Source: Octopus sinensis
Lineage: Eukaryota
Direction of reading: 5' to 3'
Length of the DNA: 64,000 nucleotides
Assembly: GCF_006345805.1 (NCBI RefSeq)
Contig: NC_043013.1
Coordinates: forward strand, 54,870,001-54,934,000
Part shown: positions 36,734-48,795 of the stretch, piece after piece
Position numbering within the stretch: the stretch's first letter is position 1
Layout of the letters: every line of letters begins with the position of its first letter
The notes under the pieces: generated by a model
The model's input: the letters and a program-made list of their open reading frames with translations, nothing else
Told to the model about the DNA's origin: nothing
Database searches by the model: none
Program-made: the position numbers and the translations under genes

Positions 36734-39700
36734 ATAGAGAGAGATTATCTTCATGAAAATACGTGACTTTTAAGAGGGAGAGACAGTGAGACTGGCTCTG
36801 TGTGTATGTATGTGTGTGTGCAAGTGTGTTTGCATGCATATGTGTGTGTGTGCATGTGTATGTGTGTGTGCATGTTTGTGTGTGCGTGTGTATGCATGTG
36901 TGTGCACCTGTGTGTGTATGTGCGTGTGTGTGCCTACACATAATTACATGCACTCGTGTTTCTGAAAGTGCAAACCTTGTTCTTTTATTCTGTTTCTTTT
37001 ATATCCTTCAACATAATGAAATTGCTCGTGTACCATTCTCTGTTTTAGTTTTCATTGTTCCTTCTTTGGTTGACTTTGTTTCAAAACTATCTTTTTCTGC
37101 CATAACATTAATAATGTGCTGAATAAAAACACCCAGAATTATATTCCTCCACAGAGCTGTGAAAACAAGTTTCTCTTCAGTTTTATTTTTTCATACAAAG
37201 CCACGATACCATACAAGAGTAGGTTTATCAGTTTTTTGCAACTTGCACCTTAATGACTAATACAATACGAGAGTAAACAGTACATAGTTCAATAATAATA
37301 AGGATAATGATTTCTTTTTTTTATGTATTGCCATAAAAACAATGAAAGAGCTGATATAATAGCAAGAGGCTGCAAAACAGGAGGAGGGGGGACTTTTCAT
37401 AAAAATGAAATGAAATAAAAAAAAGCGAAAGTACACACAATAAATATATGAGTAAGTCTTAAGGAAAAGTGTGCCACCTAGAACCAATCAAAGGATCCCT
37501 GTATAGTATTGATTACTCTGATTAGGAAGGATAATTGGTCTCTTCCATCTGTGTTAGTGACAGGTGCCTATTGAGAGCAAGAACATTTCGTAATGTCGTG
37601 CAATTGGAGCCACAAGCGTAGTTGCCTAAGAGCAAAATTTCAAAAGAAAGTAAGATAAAATGGTAAGAAAAAGCTCAGTTATCCAACAATAGTTGCTTTA
37701 CTTTGGAGGATAGCAAACCATGTTGGGCCTCTGAACACATTCACTTGGGCCAGGGTCAACAACTCACTCTCCACCTTCACCTTTTTCTTTAAGTGAAAAT
37801 TGCAAAAGTCAATGAGAGGGTTGGGTTGAAAATGGAAATGTCTGTCTTCCATCCTTCTAGTCTTGTTTATCCACAGAGACAAAACAAAACTGTTTTGTCC
37901 TCATCCAAAGGAAGTTTTCAGAGCGACCCTCCACCTCCAATTGAATCAGCTGATTGATCCTTCACAAAACAACATCTATTCAACACAATTCCCTGAGTCA
38001 GCAATGCTCAGACACTGAAAGACCTCTTGCAGAAGAATTTTGGTGCTGTGTACATATCTCAGACCTGGTTGCAGGCACTTCTATATCTGTCTATTTATCT
38101 CAAAGCAGCAATATTCCCTGAACAGTGGTAAACCGGGGATTTCTGGAAGTTATCCATTCTACCTGAACTGACAATCCTTCAAAACAAATCAGCCAGTTTA
38201 GCTCATTCTTGTCAGCATGCAAATTTGACCCTGAAAGTATTTCCTCATCCCTACTTCTCTATAAAATGCTTACATGAAAGTTCTGCTCGTCAGTCTCTCC
38301 AAATGTTGGAAGACTGCAAGTTCATGACAACATTCCATGCAGTAGGCACCATCTAACCAATTGTGATCTTTGTTCAGAACAAGGAATGCAGTTCTGGCAA
38401 TGAGATGACTGTATACACACAGCCACATTAGCATAAATGCGAATATTTGTCTTTTTTTACCATGTTTACATTTTTTCTTTTGTTTTGTATAACAACAAAG
38501 AAATATTATCTTCTCAGTACATTTTGTAATAGAGTTAGCAACAATGCTGGTTGTCATTGTAATGCTAATAAAATCTCTTTTGGGAGCAATAACACTGGAA
38601 GAATAGGCTGAAGGCATTTGGTAGGATAAACAAACTAGAAACAGTGAAGTCGATAGGAATAAAAATGATCAACTGAATGTAACCTAAAATTGTGAGTGTT
38701 GTTTCTTGTTTGAGGAGTACATTTAGAAATTCATTCCATTTCTTATATGTTCTTTTAGAGAAACTCTCCTGAGATAAACAATAAAGCTGAGAGAAATTCA
38801 AAATACTAATTACAATTACAAAATGAGGATTTTATTGCTGAGAAATGTTTGATGTGCAATATTTCACTCAAGTTTTATTTTACTGTTTTATATTAGAATA
38901 CAAGACTAGATTTTGCATGATATGTACAATAATAAAGCCAAAACAAAACTATTGGTGATGCATATTGTATTAAGACCAGAAACTAAACTGTATGTATGGT
39001 TTGTAATAAGGTCAGAACTAGGCTGTACATGATATTTATTGTTAATCATAAGAAAATTGTTGAAGTGTTTAAAATACCATGGTTAAAACTAAACTTCACA
39101 AAACTCTGTTCTGGGAATGTATGCTAAAAGTTCTAACAATTTATACTGAGCTAGATTCTTCAAGATATTTTACATATTTTGAAAAACAAAGATGAACCAC
39201 TCAAGAACATGGAAATTATTTATATTAAAAAAAAACAACATTTAAATAACAATTATTTCAATAAAATCAAAATAACAACTCTTTAATCTTTCGTCTTTCA
39301 GTAATTAAAAAAAAATGGAAATTACAAGAAAAAATGAAGCAACATACATTCATTAAGAACCCTTTTATGTTTTATTTTCAATTAATCAATATTTATTTAT
39401 CTAATTCAAGTCAATTAGAGTCAATTAGATGACATATTCTAATTAGATGTATCCATCAATGAATGTTCAAGAGGTTTCTTTCTCTTTTTATATTCACATC
39501 ATAACATGTGATGGTTTCCTTTTAGCACTGAAACTTCTGATCCATTCATTAATTCTACATGGTACCTATTTACAACTAGATAGACTACACCAAGGAAAAT
39601 TGAGTGTTATGTCCACTGTTACAGATCAGTACTTGATATGGGATACAAACTGTTGATTTTCTCACCAACAGGCTACTTCACTAACAACTTCACTAGAAAT

Positions 39701-40048
39701 ATGATGTATTATTTATAGAAATTATTATTATATTATTGCTATAATATTTATAGAAATATCATTTTTATGAAAACAAATATTTATACTGATTTGTTATTTT
39801 AAAATCATGAAGAAAGAAAATGAATGTAAATGGTTGGTTTTGTTCCATAAAACACAAAAGTTAATTCTTCCTGATTGTGTTAAACTGAAGAAAATTATGT
39901 GTGTGTGTGTATGACAACACTTATCCTCTAAACTCTTGGATTATTTTTTCTCATATTTGAAAAGGGGGAATCTTTCCCAAAATATTAAACATCATGGTAA
40001 AGTAATACAATACTAACATCGTCTTACCTATTTTCTCTAACTTCTTAC

Positions 40049-40133
40049 CTACATTGCTCAAAGGGTTTTAAAACATTTTTATCAAATATATTCAAATCTT
40101 CTGGATCCATGAAATGGAGTAACTTTCCATAAT
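40049..40133 (-). CDS. Candidate exon YGKLLHFMDPEDLNIFDKNVLKPFEQC (85 nt, phase 1-2)
   Basis: Strong donor TAG|gtaaga; weaker aag acceptor; in phase with the 40410 exon. Confidence 0.5.
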
Positions 40134-40409
40134 CTTATTATCAAAATAAACTATGCATTCCACATAATTGTATATTGAGTTCTCAACGGAATTATCATTT
40201 TCTTCAGATACACCCTAGGCATATTACATATTTATAAAATCATGAGGTATGAAAGAGAATATTAACATTTTTTTCTGGTACCATAAAAGAAAACATGGTT
40301 AATTTTTCCTGAGAGTGTTAATCTGAAGAAATTTGTTTATATTATAACTCATGAAACTTTAAAATATTCAAAACTGGTAGAATTGTATTAAATGCAAAGA
40401 TTAACTTAC

Positions 40410-40498
40410 CAAAGGCAATCTCTTTTGACAAATAGAATTCTAACTCCAGAACAGAATTTAATTGTGTCCAACTTGATAGATAGTTTATATATCTGTCA
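40410..40498 (-). CDS. Candidate exon DRYINYLSSWTQLNSVLELEFYLSKEIAF (89 nt, phase 2-1)
   Basis: Near-consensus acceptor tttatttttctcttacag and donor TTG|gtaagt; open frame. Confidence 0.65.
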
Positions 40499-40861
40499 CT
40501 GTAAGAGAAAAATAAAGTAGATATATGTAGATGTCTGTATACAGATCATTTAGATGAAGATGAAGAAATCTCAAGATAATTCAGTAACATTGTATAGTAT
40601 GAAGCATGAGAGGAGTGTATGGTTAAATATCGACATAGATTTGAATGTACTTGAAATGTAATGACCAGTGGGTAAGATAATAACTATGAAATTGTAGAAG
40701 ATGGCAAATAAGGTGTGTGCCTGTGAGTGTGTGTGAATGAGTGTGTAAGTAAATATACATCAAAATAATGCATGTGCATACATATATATAAATGTATATA
40801 TATACACACACACATACACACACATATATATATATATATATATCTTTATATATATGTATCT

Positions 40862-41235
40862 TTCTGTTTGTTTCAGTCATCAGACTGTAGTCATGCTGGA
40901 GCACGAAGAATTTTAGTTAAATGAATCAACCCCCGGACTTAATAGTTTAAGGCTGCTACTTATTCTATCGGCCTCTTTTGCCAAACTGCTAAGTTACAGT
41001 GATGGAAATACACCAACACTGGTTGTCAATTGATGGTGGGGGACCAACACAGACACAAAAACTCACACACTTATACACACATATGGCTGGCTTCTTTCAG
41101 TTTCCATCTACCAAATCCACTCATAAGGCTTTGGCTGGCTATAGTAGAAGATACTAGCCCAAGATGCCACGCAGTGGGACTGAACCTAAAACCATGTGGT
41201 TGTGGTTGGGAAGCAAACTTCTTTCCATGTAGCCA
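40862..41235 (-). mobile_element. SINE B copy
   Basis: Reverse complement of the 22565 copy, including gtgggactgaacc (B box). Confidence 0.85.
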
Positions 41236-41997
41236 TGCCTGCTCCTCGTTACTGCAATTTGATTTCAGATAACTTTTAATAGTCAATTTTCGTAATAAGT
41301 ATTTCATTTTGTAAAATCATTTCAACTCAAATTACATATGGCAGATCACAAGAGTTTCCTAAATTATTTCACCTTTGGCACTTTTTGAAATTGATTTGAA
41401 TAAGAATTCAACAAGAATTCAATAAGCAGTTTGTCTGACCCCAAGTTAGAATTCCAGCATAACCTTTGACCTTGCCACTACGGTGCTTTCAGAAAGACAT
41501 ATCAACATTAATTCCATAATGCCAGCATATTTATAGTCTAATATATAGGACTAAGCTCCTATTTTGGTATGCTAAATTAAAATATAAATAAATATGCTCA
41601 AAATTGTTTAATGATTTTGTTAAACAATTTTCTTTGCTCATTCCAATAGTCAATGAAAGTGTTCCTGCCATCCAAAAAAACGAAAAAAAACAACAAGTTC
41701 TAATTCAGAAATATTTTCATCAAACATATTATTGTAAATTGATTTTAAAATTATTTATTAATAGTTTCTATCTGTTGATTTCTTTTTGCAAAGTCTTTTA
41801 CAATCTAGACTTCTTAGAGCAAAATATGAAATTTGTCTAAAACTTTAACAATATCCTGCATTATATTTCACCACCATTTTTGCTTTCTCTCCTGACGAAG
41901 AAATTCATCCAGGTTTTGTTTCACTTCAGGAAATATCAAGACTGATATAATAACGTTTTGGCTTTACATGTTTAAATATGAATGTGTAAGGTGTGTA

Positions 41998-42205
41998 AGG
42001 TGGCAAGCTGGTAGAACTGTTGGCACCTTGGAGAAAATGCTTAACACCATTTTGTCTGTCATTAAATTTTCAGTTCAAATTCTGTCATGGTTGACTTTAT
42101 CATTCGTTTGGGGCAGATAAAAGAATCACCAGCTGAGCACTGGGGTTTGATGTAATTGACTTACCGCTCCCACAAAATTGCTGGCCTTGTGCCAAAATTT
42201 AAAAT
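41998..42205 (+). mobile_element. SINE A copy
   Basis: Head, B box and ccttgtgccaaaattt tail. Confidence 0.8.
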
Positions 42206-42591
42206 TAATGTGTGTGTGTGTTCACAAGGATGTGAGTTGCTAATAAGTAAACAAGAAGAGGGGAAAAGTACCCAATACTGATAGGATGAGCTGAATAAAA
42301 TTCATTCAAAGCTAAAGCAGGAAAAGCCACTATTCTTAGATCCTTGTCCAGAGAATGGAAATGAAAAAATTTCAAAGAACAGTTCTTGAAAACCCAGCTT
42401 TGAATAAATATTTGTGTGTATGCATGTGTGAGTGTATATACAAAGGAGTAAAAGAATGTAGTACTCAATACTGAAATTAGGGTGATCTTTGAAAAAACTG
42501 TTTCTCAAATATCCACAACTTCAAAAAAATATTTTGGAAATTGCTTAAACTTCAGGAATGAGATACTGAAAGTGATGATTTCCGAAATCAA

Positions 42592-42669
<78 letters not shown>

Positions 42670-43154
42670 GGCTCTAGTAGAAAACATCAAAGGTGCCACC
42701 AGTGGCCATGTGATAAACATCATTGTCATACAAGCAATCTGTGAAAACATGTGCAGCTATGGGTAAATATTACCTTACTTGAAAGTAATGAGCAAAGTTT
42801 GGCAAAAGGAAGGGAATCTGGCCATAGAAAACCTGCCTCTAGGAATTCAATCTGACCCATGCAAGCATGGAAAAGTGGACGTTAAAACGATAATGATGAT
42901 ATATATACAAACACACAAACCCAAATGAGATTCCAGTGAACTCAACACAATATAATGTAAACTCATAAAGATGAGATGAATAACTACAGTTAATTATGAA
43001 TAATTTGTAGCTGCAACATCAGTCTCAGGTGAGAAATAAAACAGAACGAAAATTTTGATACACCACATTAAAAAGGAAAGGTAAACTTATGATCTGTTAT
43101 GTCTCACAGCTTTACAATTATCTCCAGCTATAAAATTTTGTTTTTGTGCTGCAT

Positions 43155-43194
<40 letters not shown>

Positions 43195-43588
43195 ATCTGT
43201 TTACATTCACACATGCTCACATATGTATAGTATAGGAATCTTTTTGGAAGTAAATCTGTGACGTATAATCCAATGAGTTTACAAATATCTGTGCTGTTGA
43301 ATGAACTCCTGCTTTCATTGAAAGGCCAGTGTGTATCAGAATGTCCAATCCCGGTACAATTTCTGTAACAGAGCACTATTTTCGCAGCATGCAGTATTCT
43401 TTCTCTACCACAGTTAACAACTTCATTAAATAATATGGAGAAACTTCATGCTTTTAATTTCCTTTGGCATCCAGTCTGCATTGGATAATTATGGCTTGGA
43501 ATTTTCTCCTTCTTCTGAAATGAAGGCACCATTCTGAATTCCAGCAAGCTTGATGATTAGATATTACAGTGCTTCTCAAACAGTTTCT

Positions 43589-43816
43589 TTAACGCTTTCG
43601 TTACCAACCTGGCTGAAACCGCCTCTGGCTCTGAGTAAAAATGTCTTGTTTTCATAATTTTTGAATTAAAATCTTCCACCAAACCTTAGTCACAATTTAT
43701 GTTCCTAACACTAGCTTAATGATAACTAAGTTATTTTATTAAATTCTTTGTTATATTTCAAGTAATTGAAAGAAACACAGAACATCTCAAAATAAATACA
43801 GTAAGGAAAGGATTAA
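43589..43816. mobile_element. piggyBac-like MITE (228 bp)
   Basis: TTAA at both ends; imperfect TIRs ttaacgctttcgttac and gtaaggaaaggattaa. A related sequence may lie near 49530-49750. Confidence 0.7.
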
Positions 43817-43984
43817 CTAACATTTTCGTAACACACACTCCACCATTTTTATGTGCATACACTTAATATCAGGCCAGAGTTAGTTAATTTCAAGTACTAG
43901 AACGATTTAAATGATTTAATACCTCTGTATTACAAGCAAATATTAGACACATAAATATTGAATATTCATTTCGTTTTTGTATTA

Positions 43985-44200
43985 GGGTTACAAGATTCTT
44001 TATGTGAATTCGTGTGTTGAAGCATATTTTACTGTGCCTGGGCAAGTCATTCTCTTTTAGTGCCTTATCATATAACACACTCACTGGTTTGATTTCCACC
44101 CATTTACTTATTTATGTTTCCTATAAGTAAATGAGTGGAAATCGAACCAGTGAGTGTGTTAAATAATAAAGCACTGAAAGAGAATGACTCTCCCCAGACA
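43985..44200. repeat. Second foldback repeat of the 18925 family
   Basis: Arms about 44038-44111 and 44123-44197; shares gattctttatgtga(g/a)ttcgtgtgttgaagcatatt with 18990-19025. Confidence 0.85.
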
Positions 44201-44805
44201 CAATTGAATATCCAGTTTTGTCTATTTATATATTTACATTTCAAACTCAGTAACTATTACTGATGCTGTTGTTGTGATTGTGGTGAACATTTAAAAATAC
44301 TTTCAAGATTAGAAGGAATATTCATGTATTTATTCTTCACATGTCCACACGTTGACATCACAAGCAAAATATGTTGTGCAATGGAGTGTATAACTGAGAG
44401 AATTCTTCCCTTTATGACAAGAGTGTGTTATAAACGGCAGAAATCTCTGTAACATACACTATACAGCAGCACTCAGCATATTTCACATCGGAACCTGCCT
44501 AGACATGTTAAGATTGAATACACAAATATCCATTGCACATCTCATTGTAAATGGGGCAAATAACGATTTTGTTTTTTACTTTTAAAGTTAATATTTAAAT
44601 AGGAGACAAAGAGTTAAAACAATGTATAGATACATCTATCACACCCAGTGCTAAGGACCCTTTTGTCTTCACTAGCCATGCATATTCCCCACTCCTTCAT
44701 AAAAAAATGTCACCCATTTTGAGTTCAGTGAGAGTGTGTAGCTTTTATAGATTCCATACTCTCTGTAAACGAACAGCTGATTATGCATACAAACACAAAC
44801 ACATA

Positions 44806-45250
44806 GGTGCAGGAGTGGCTGTGTGGTAAGTAGCTTGCTTACAAACCACATGGTTCCGGGTTCAGTCCCACTGTGTGGCACCTTTGGCAAGTGTCTTCTC
44901 CTATAGCCTCGGGCTGACCAAGGCCTTGTGAGTGGATTTGGTAAATGGAAACTGAAAAGAAGCCTGTCGTATATATATATATATACATATATATATGCGT
45001 GTACCGTTGTCGATTTTTTTCCTCTGTCTTCCCTTCTCTGGATCTTTCCTTCTCCTATGTTTCCGACGAAGAGCTCCGCTGGAAACATTAAACTCTCCTT
45101 CTTCCCTTCCTTCAAGAGCGTCCAATAATACTATATTTGTTCCACGTCCTCGCGTTGTTGTGTTTTTTTATGCTTTCATGTTTGGATTAACTATATGTAT
45201 ATATATAAATATATGTACGTATATATATGTATATATATATACATATATAT

Positions 45251-45325
<75 letters not shown>

Positions 45326-45585
45326 TATGTGTGTATATATATATATACATGCACACACGCACATACACACACATATATATGTATATATATGTTTATGTGT
45401 TTGTTTGTCCCTCACCAGCATTGCTTGACAACCGATGCTGGTATGTTTTTGTCCCCGTAACTTAGTGGTCTGGCAGAAGAGACCGATAGAATAAGTGCTA
45501 GGCTTGCAAAGAGTAAGTTTTGGAGTTTATTTGTTTGACTGAAGGTGGTGCTGCACTATGGCTGCAGTGAAATGGCTGAAAACAT
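44806..45585 (+). mobile_element. SINE B copy interrupted by a 195-bp insert (45001-45195) in its central (TA)n
   Basis: Head 44806-44970 with GGTTCAGTCCC; tail 45390-45585; colinear with the 22565 copy. Confidence 0.9.
45059..45093 (+). ncRNA. Degenerate minimal hammerhead-like motif
   Basis: GUUU-CCGACGA-A-GAGC(UCC)GCUG-GAAA-CAU-U-AAAC: stem I GUUU/AAAC, with single substitutions in the core, stem II and stem III. Confidence 0.5.
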
Positions 45586-45898
45586 ACATGTCTATGCATA
45601 TACACACCTATATGCATACACATGTACATACATACATTCACACACACCCACATCTATATATACATATGACTATATTTGGATGCAAACTCACAACCTCCAG
45701 GTTATAAACCTGAGACATAATCGATGCATAGAGATTGTTTTAATGCAAATAGTATTTCAGTTTGTTAAAAGCCATCTGAAAAAATCTAATTTGGTAAAAC
45801 AAGAACCAACACCTTTATGGTTTCTATAAGAAATCTCTTTTCTGCATGGATTAGTCAGAATATAACGCGTTCGTATATTTTCTATTTCTTTCCAATAC

Positions 45899-45944
45899 CG
45901 TTTGTCTCTGTTAAGACATGAATGAAAGACACTAAGCTGTGATT
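45899..45944 (-). CDS. Candidate exon (46 nt; NHSLVSFIHVLTETN or SQLSVFHSCLNRDK)
   Basis: Strong acceptor atttatttttgttacag; donor ACG|gtattg; two frames are open. Confidence 0.35.
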
Positions 45945-47149
45945 CTGTAACAAAAATAAATCCACCTGTTTTACACAGTATGTATTATGAACAAAGAACA
46001 TGTATTATGTTTTATTACTTTTGTTATCAAGTTGGCTTTTGTGAATTTTGTGCCAATCAAAAAAAAAAAAAAGAGCTAAGATTGTGAAGACAAAATTCCT
46101 TGAAGATTATGGTTTCCTGTGAATGAAGTTTGAAAGCGCAATCATTTGACATGGTTGTAGACAGCATATTTGAAAGTACGATTCAATGTATCGTAACACA
46201 GCCATGTTATAAAGTGGACATTCACAATTTGAAATTCAGTGTAACAGGCAAGAAGCCAAGCAAACTCATTAACTTCAAGCAGCTATCAATCTTATGGAAA
46301 AACGAATATGGATGAAAAACTTTCAGTTTCATGTTTGAAATGAATTGTCTTAAGTAGATATGTCATTTTGGAGTAAGTCTCTGTTTAAGTCAGAAATACT
46401 TAGGAGTCCAAATAAAATTTCACACTAAAACAAGTATGACAGAATACTAGTCTCTACAGACATAATCAATGATGTAAGTTTGCGTCCTTTGCTAAGAATG
46501 CTGTGGAATAATTTCAAATATTTTAACCTTTCAACCATATTACTTTATCTTTCCTGTTGCTTTCAATTATTTCTTTAAAGGCTCCACTAAAACCTGACAG
46601 GAACTTCAATATAATTTCTTGAAAGAGGATCAAAATTACTCAGCTTTCAAATCGTGATAATACAATGGAGAGACATTTGAAGTGGAGAGTGATAAATTTC
46701 TGGGAGATATCTATGGAGATAGTCGAATACTTCCATGCAACATTATGAAATGTTTTGCAACAATATGTTTAGCCTACTTTCACTCTTTCTTCCTTGTTAT
46801 TTTAACAGTAAAATTTCCTTCCTGCCACAAGTTAGGGGAGTTATTCTCTATTTGTACATGAAAAATACAATGAGGATATGACTGCTTCAATGACAGTTTA
46901 ATCCAAATCCTTGCAATAAAAGCGACCTGCAGTGCTTGACTGATATTTAAATTTATCAATCCCAATATGATGAAAGGCGAAGTTGACTTCAGCAGGATTT
47001 GAGCTCAGAATGTAGAGTTGGAAGAAATGCCGTTTCAGTATGATAATGATTCTGTCAGTTCACTGCCTGAATAATTTTAAATAATGTGGGAAGTATGAAT
47101 GATGAGAAGGCAGTACAAAATGCTGGGTCCACAATAAATACAGGAAGTC

Positions 47150-47430
47150 TGTCTGTTACAACGATGAGGGTTCCAGTTGATTGGATCAACAGAACAAGCT
47201 TGCTCATGAAATTGATAAGGAAGTGGCTGAATACTCCACAGATATGCGGACCCTTAGTGTAGTTCTCAGGGAGACTCAGTGTGACTACTTGTTTTTGCCA
47301 GCTGAGTAGACTGGGGCAACATGAAATATAATGTCTTACTCAAGAACACAATTCACTGCCAGGAATTGAACTCACAATTATATGATCATGAGCCAAATAC
47401 CCTAACCACTAAGCCATGTGCCTTCACCCA
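47150..47430 (-). mobile_element. tRNA-headed SINE family D
   Basis: Minus strand gtgaaggcacatggcttagtggttaggg...gtgagttcaattcctggc has A- and B-box-like motifs. Confidence 0.75.
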
Positions 47431-47559
47431 CAATAAATAGGGTCCAAGTATAGATTTAAAATAAAAAATTAATCTACTGAAAGGACTTCAAAATAAAACT
47501 ACCATTGGTGCCTATCCTTGAGAGGAGGTTGGGATTATCATGAATAAAGTACAAAACTT

Positions 47560-47910
47560 GCACATGAATTTGCAAACCTAGGCTTTCAAGTTCAGTTCCA
47601 ATGTGTGACAAGTGTGATCTGTTACAACCCTGGGTTAGTCAACCAATGCCTTGTGAATGAGTTTGGTAGGCAGAAACTGTGTGGAAGCTCATGAATACAT
47701 ATTTGTTTGTATTTATGCATTTATGTACATGTCAGTATGAGTGCTTTTGTGTTTGTCTCCATCAACACTTGACAAGCACTATTGGTTTGTTTACCTTCTT
47801 GTAACTTATCAGTTTAACAAAAGAACCAGGTAGAATATGAGCCAGGTTCAAAACCAAGGAGGTAGCTTAGTATGGTTGTAGTCCAATAACTGAAACAAGT
47901 TAAAGGATAA
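47560..47910 (+). mobile_element. Decayed SINE B copy
   Basis: Colinear with the 22565 copy but diverged. Confidence 0.6.
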
Positions 47911-48484
47911 AAGAATGTATGACACTCACAGATATCAGATATCCTACTGTGTGTTATTGTGTGCTTTTAATATAACATTGGGCTGACCAATGTCTTGGGA
48001 GAGACACTTAAGGGACAGAAATTATGTGAAAGTTCATTTTGTGTGTGTGTGTGTGTGTGCATTTGTAGGTGTCAACATCATCATCCCACTTTTCCCTGCT
48101 TGTATGTGTTAGACTGAATCCTTTGAGGCAGATTTTCCACAGCTGGATGCCCTTCCTGTCACCAACCCTCACCTGTTTCCAAGCAAGATTTCCCTTGGAT
48201 GATACATATTTTACATAGGGAACTGGAAATGAGCAATATCACTTGTACGACAGTGATGCTTGTTCACAACAGTCATGTCAAAACAAGTAAAAGAGTATAT
48301 ATATATATATATATATATATAGTATATATATATAATGCTCAAAATGAGGAGTAGATAGACAGCTGACAACTGATGAAGGGTCCTTCCTCTGTGTTTACCT
48401 GTCCTGTTTTCCATATTTAACTCATTGGTTTATGTATTTCATATTGTTTGCACCATTGGTGACGTCCTGGACCCATATATGTAT

Positions 48485-48529
<45 letters not shown>

Positions 48530-48532
<3 letters not shown>

Positions 48533-48795
48533 TCCTGTGCAGGTGGCACATAAAATGCACCATTTGAGCGTAGCCATTACTAGTACTGCCTGACTGGCCC
48601 TCGTACCAGTGGCACATAAAAGCACCCACTACACTCTCGGAGTGGTAGGCATTAGGAAGGCCATCCAGCTGTAGAAACTCTGCCAGATCAGATTGGAGCC
48701 TGGTGCAGCCATCTGGTTCACCAGCCCTCAGTCAAATCGTCCAACCCATGCTAGCATGGAAAACGGACGTTAAACGTTGATGATGATGATGATAT
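48530..48795 (+). mobile_element. Family C (RTE 3' UTR) copy
   Basis: Ends aacccatgctagcatggaaaacggacgttaaacg(tga)n. Confidence 0.9.
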
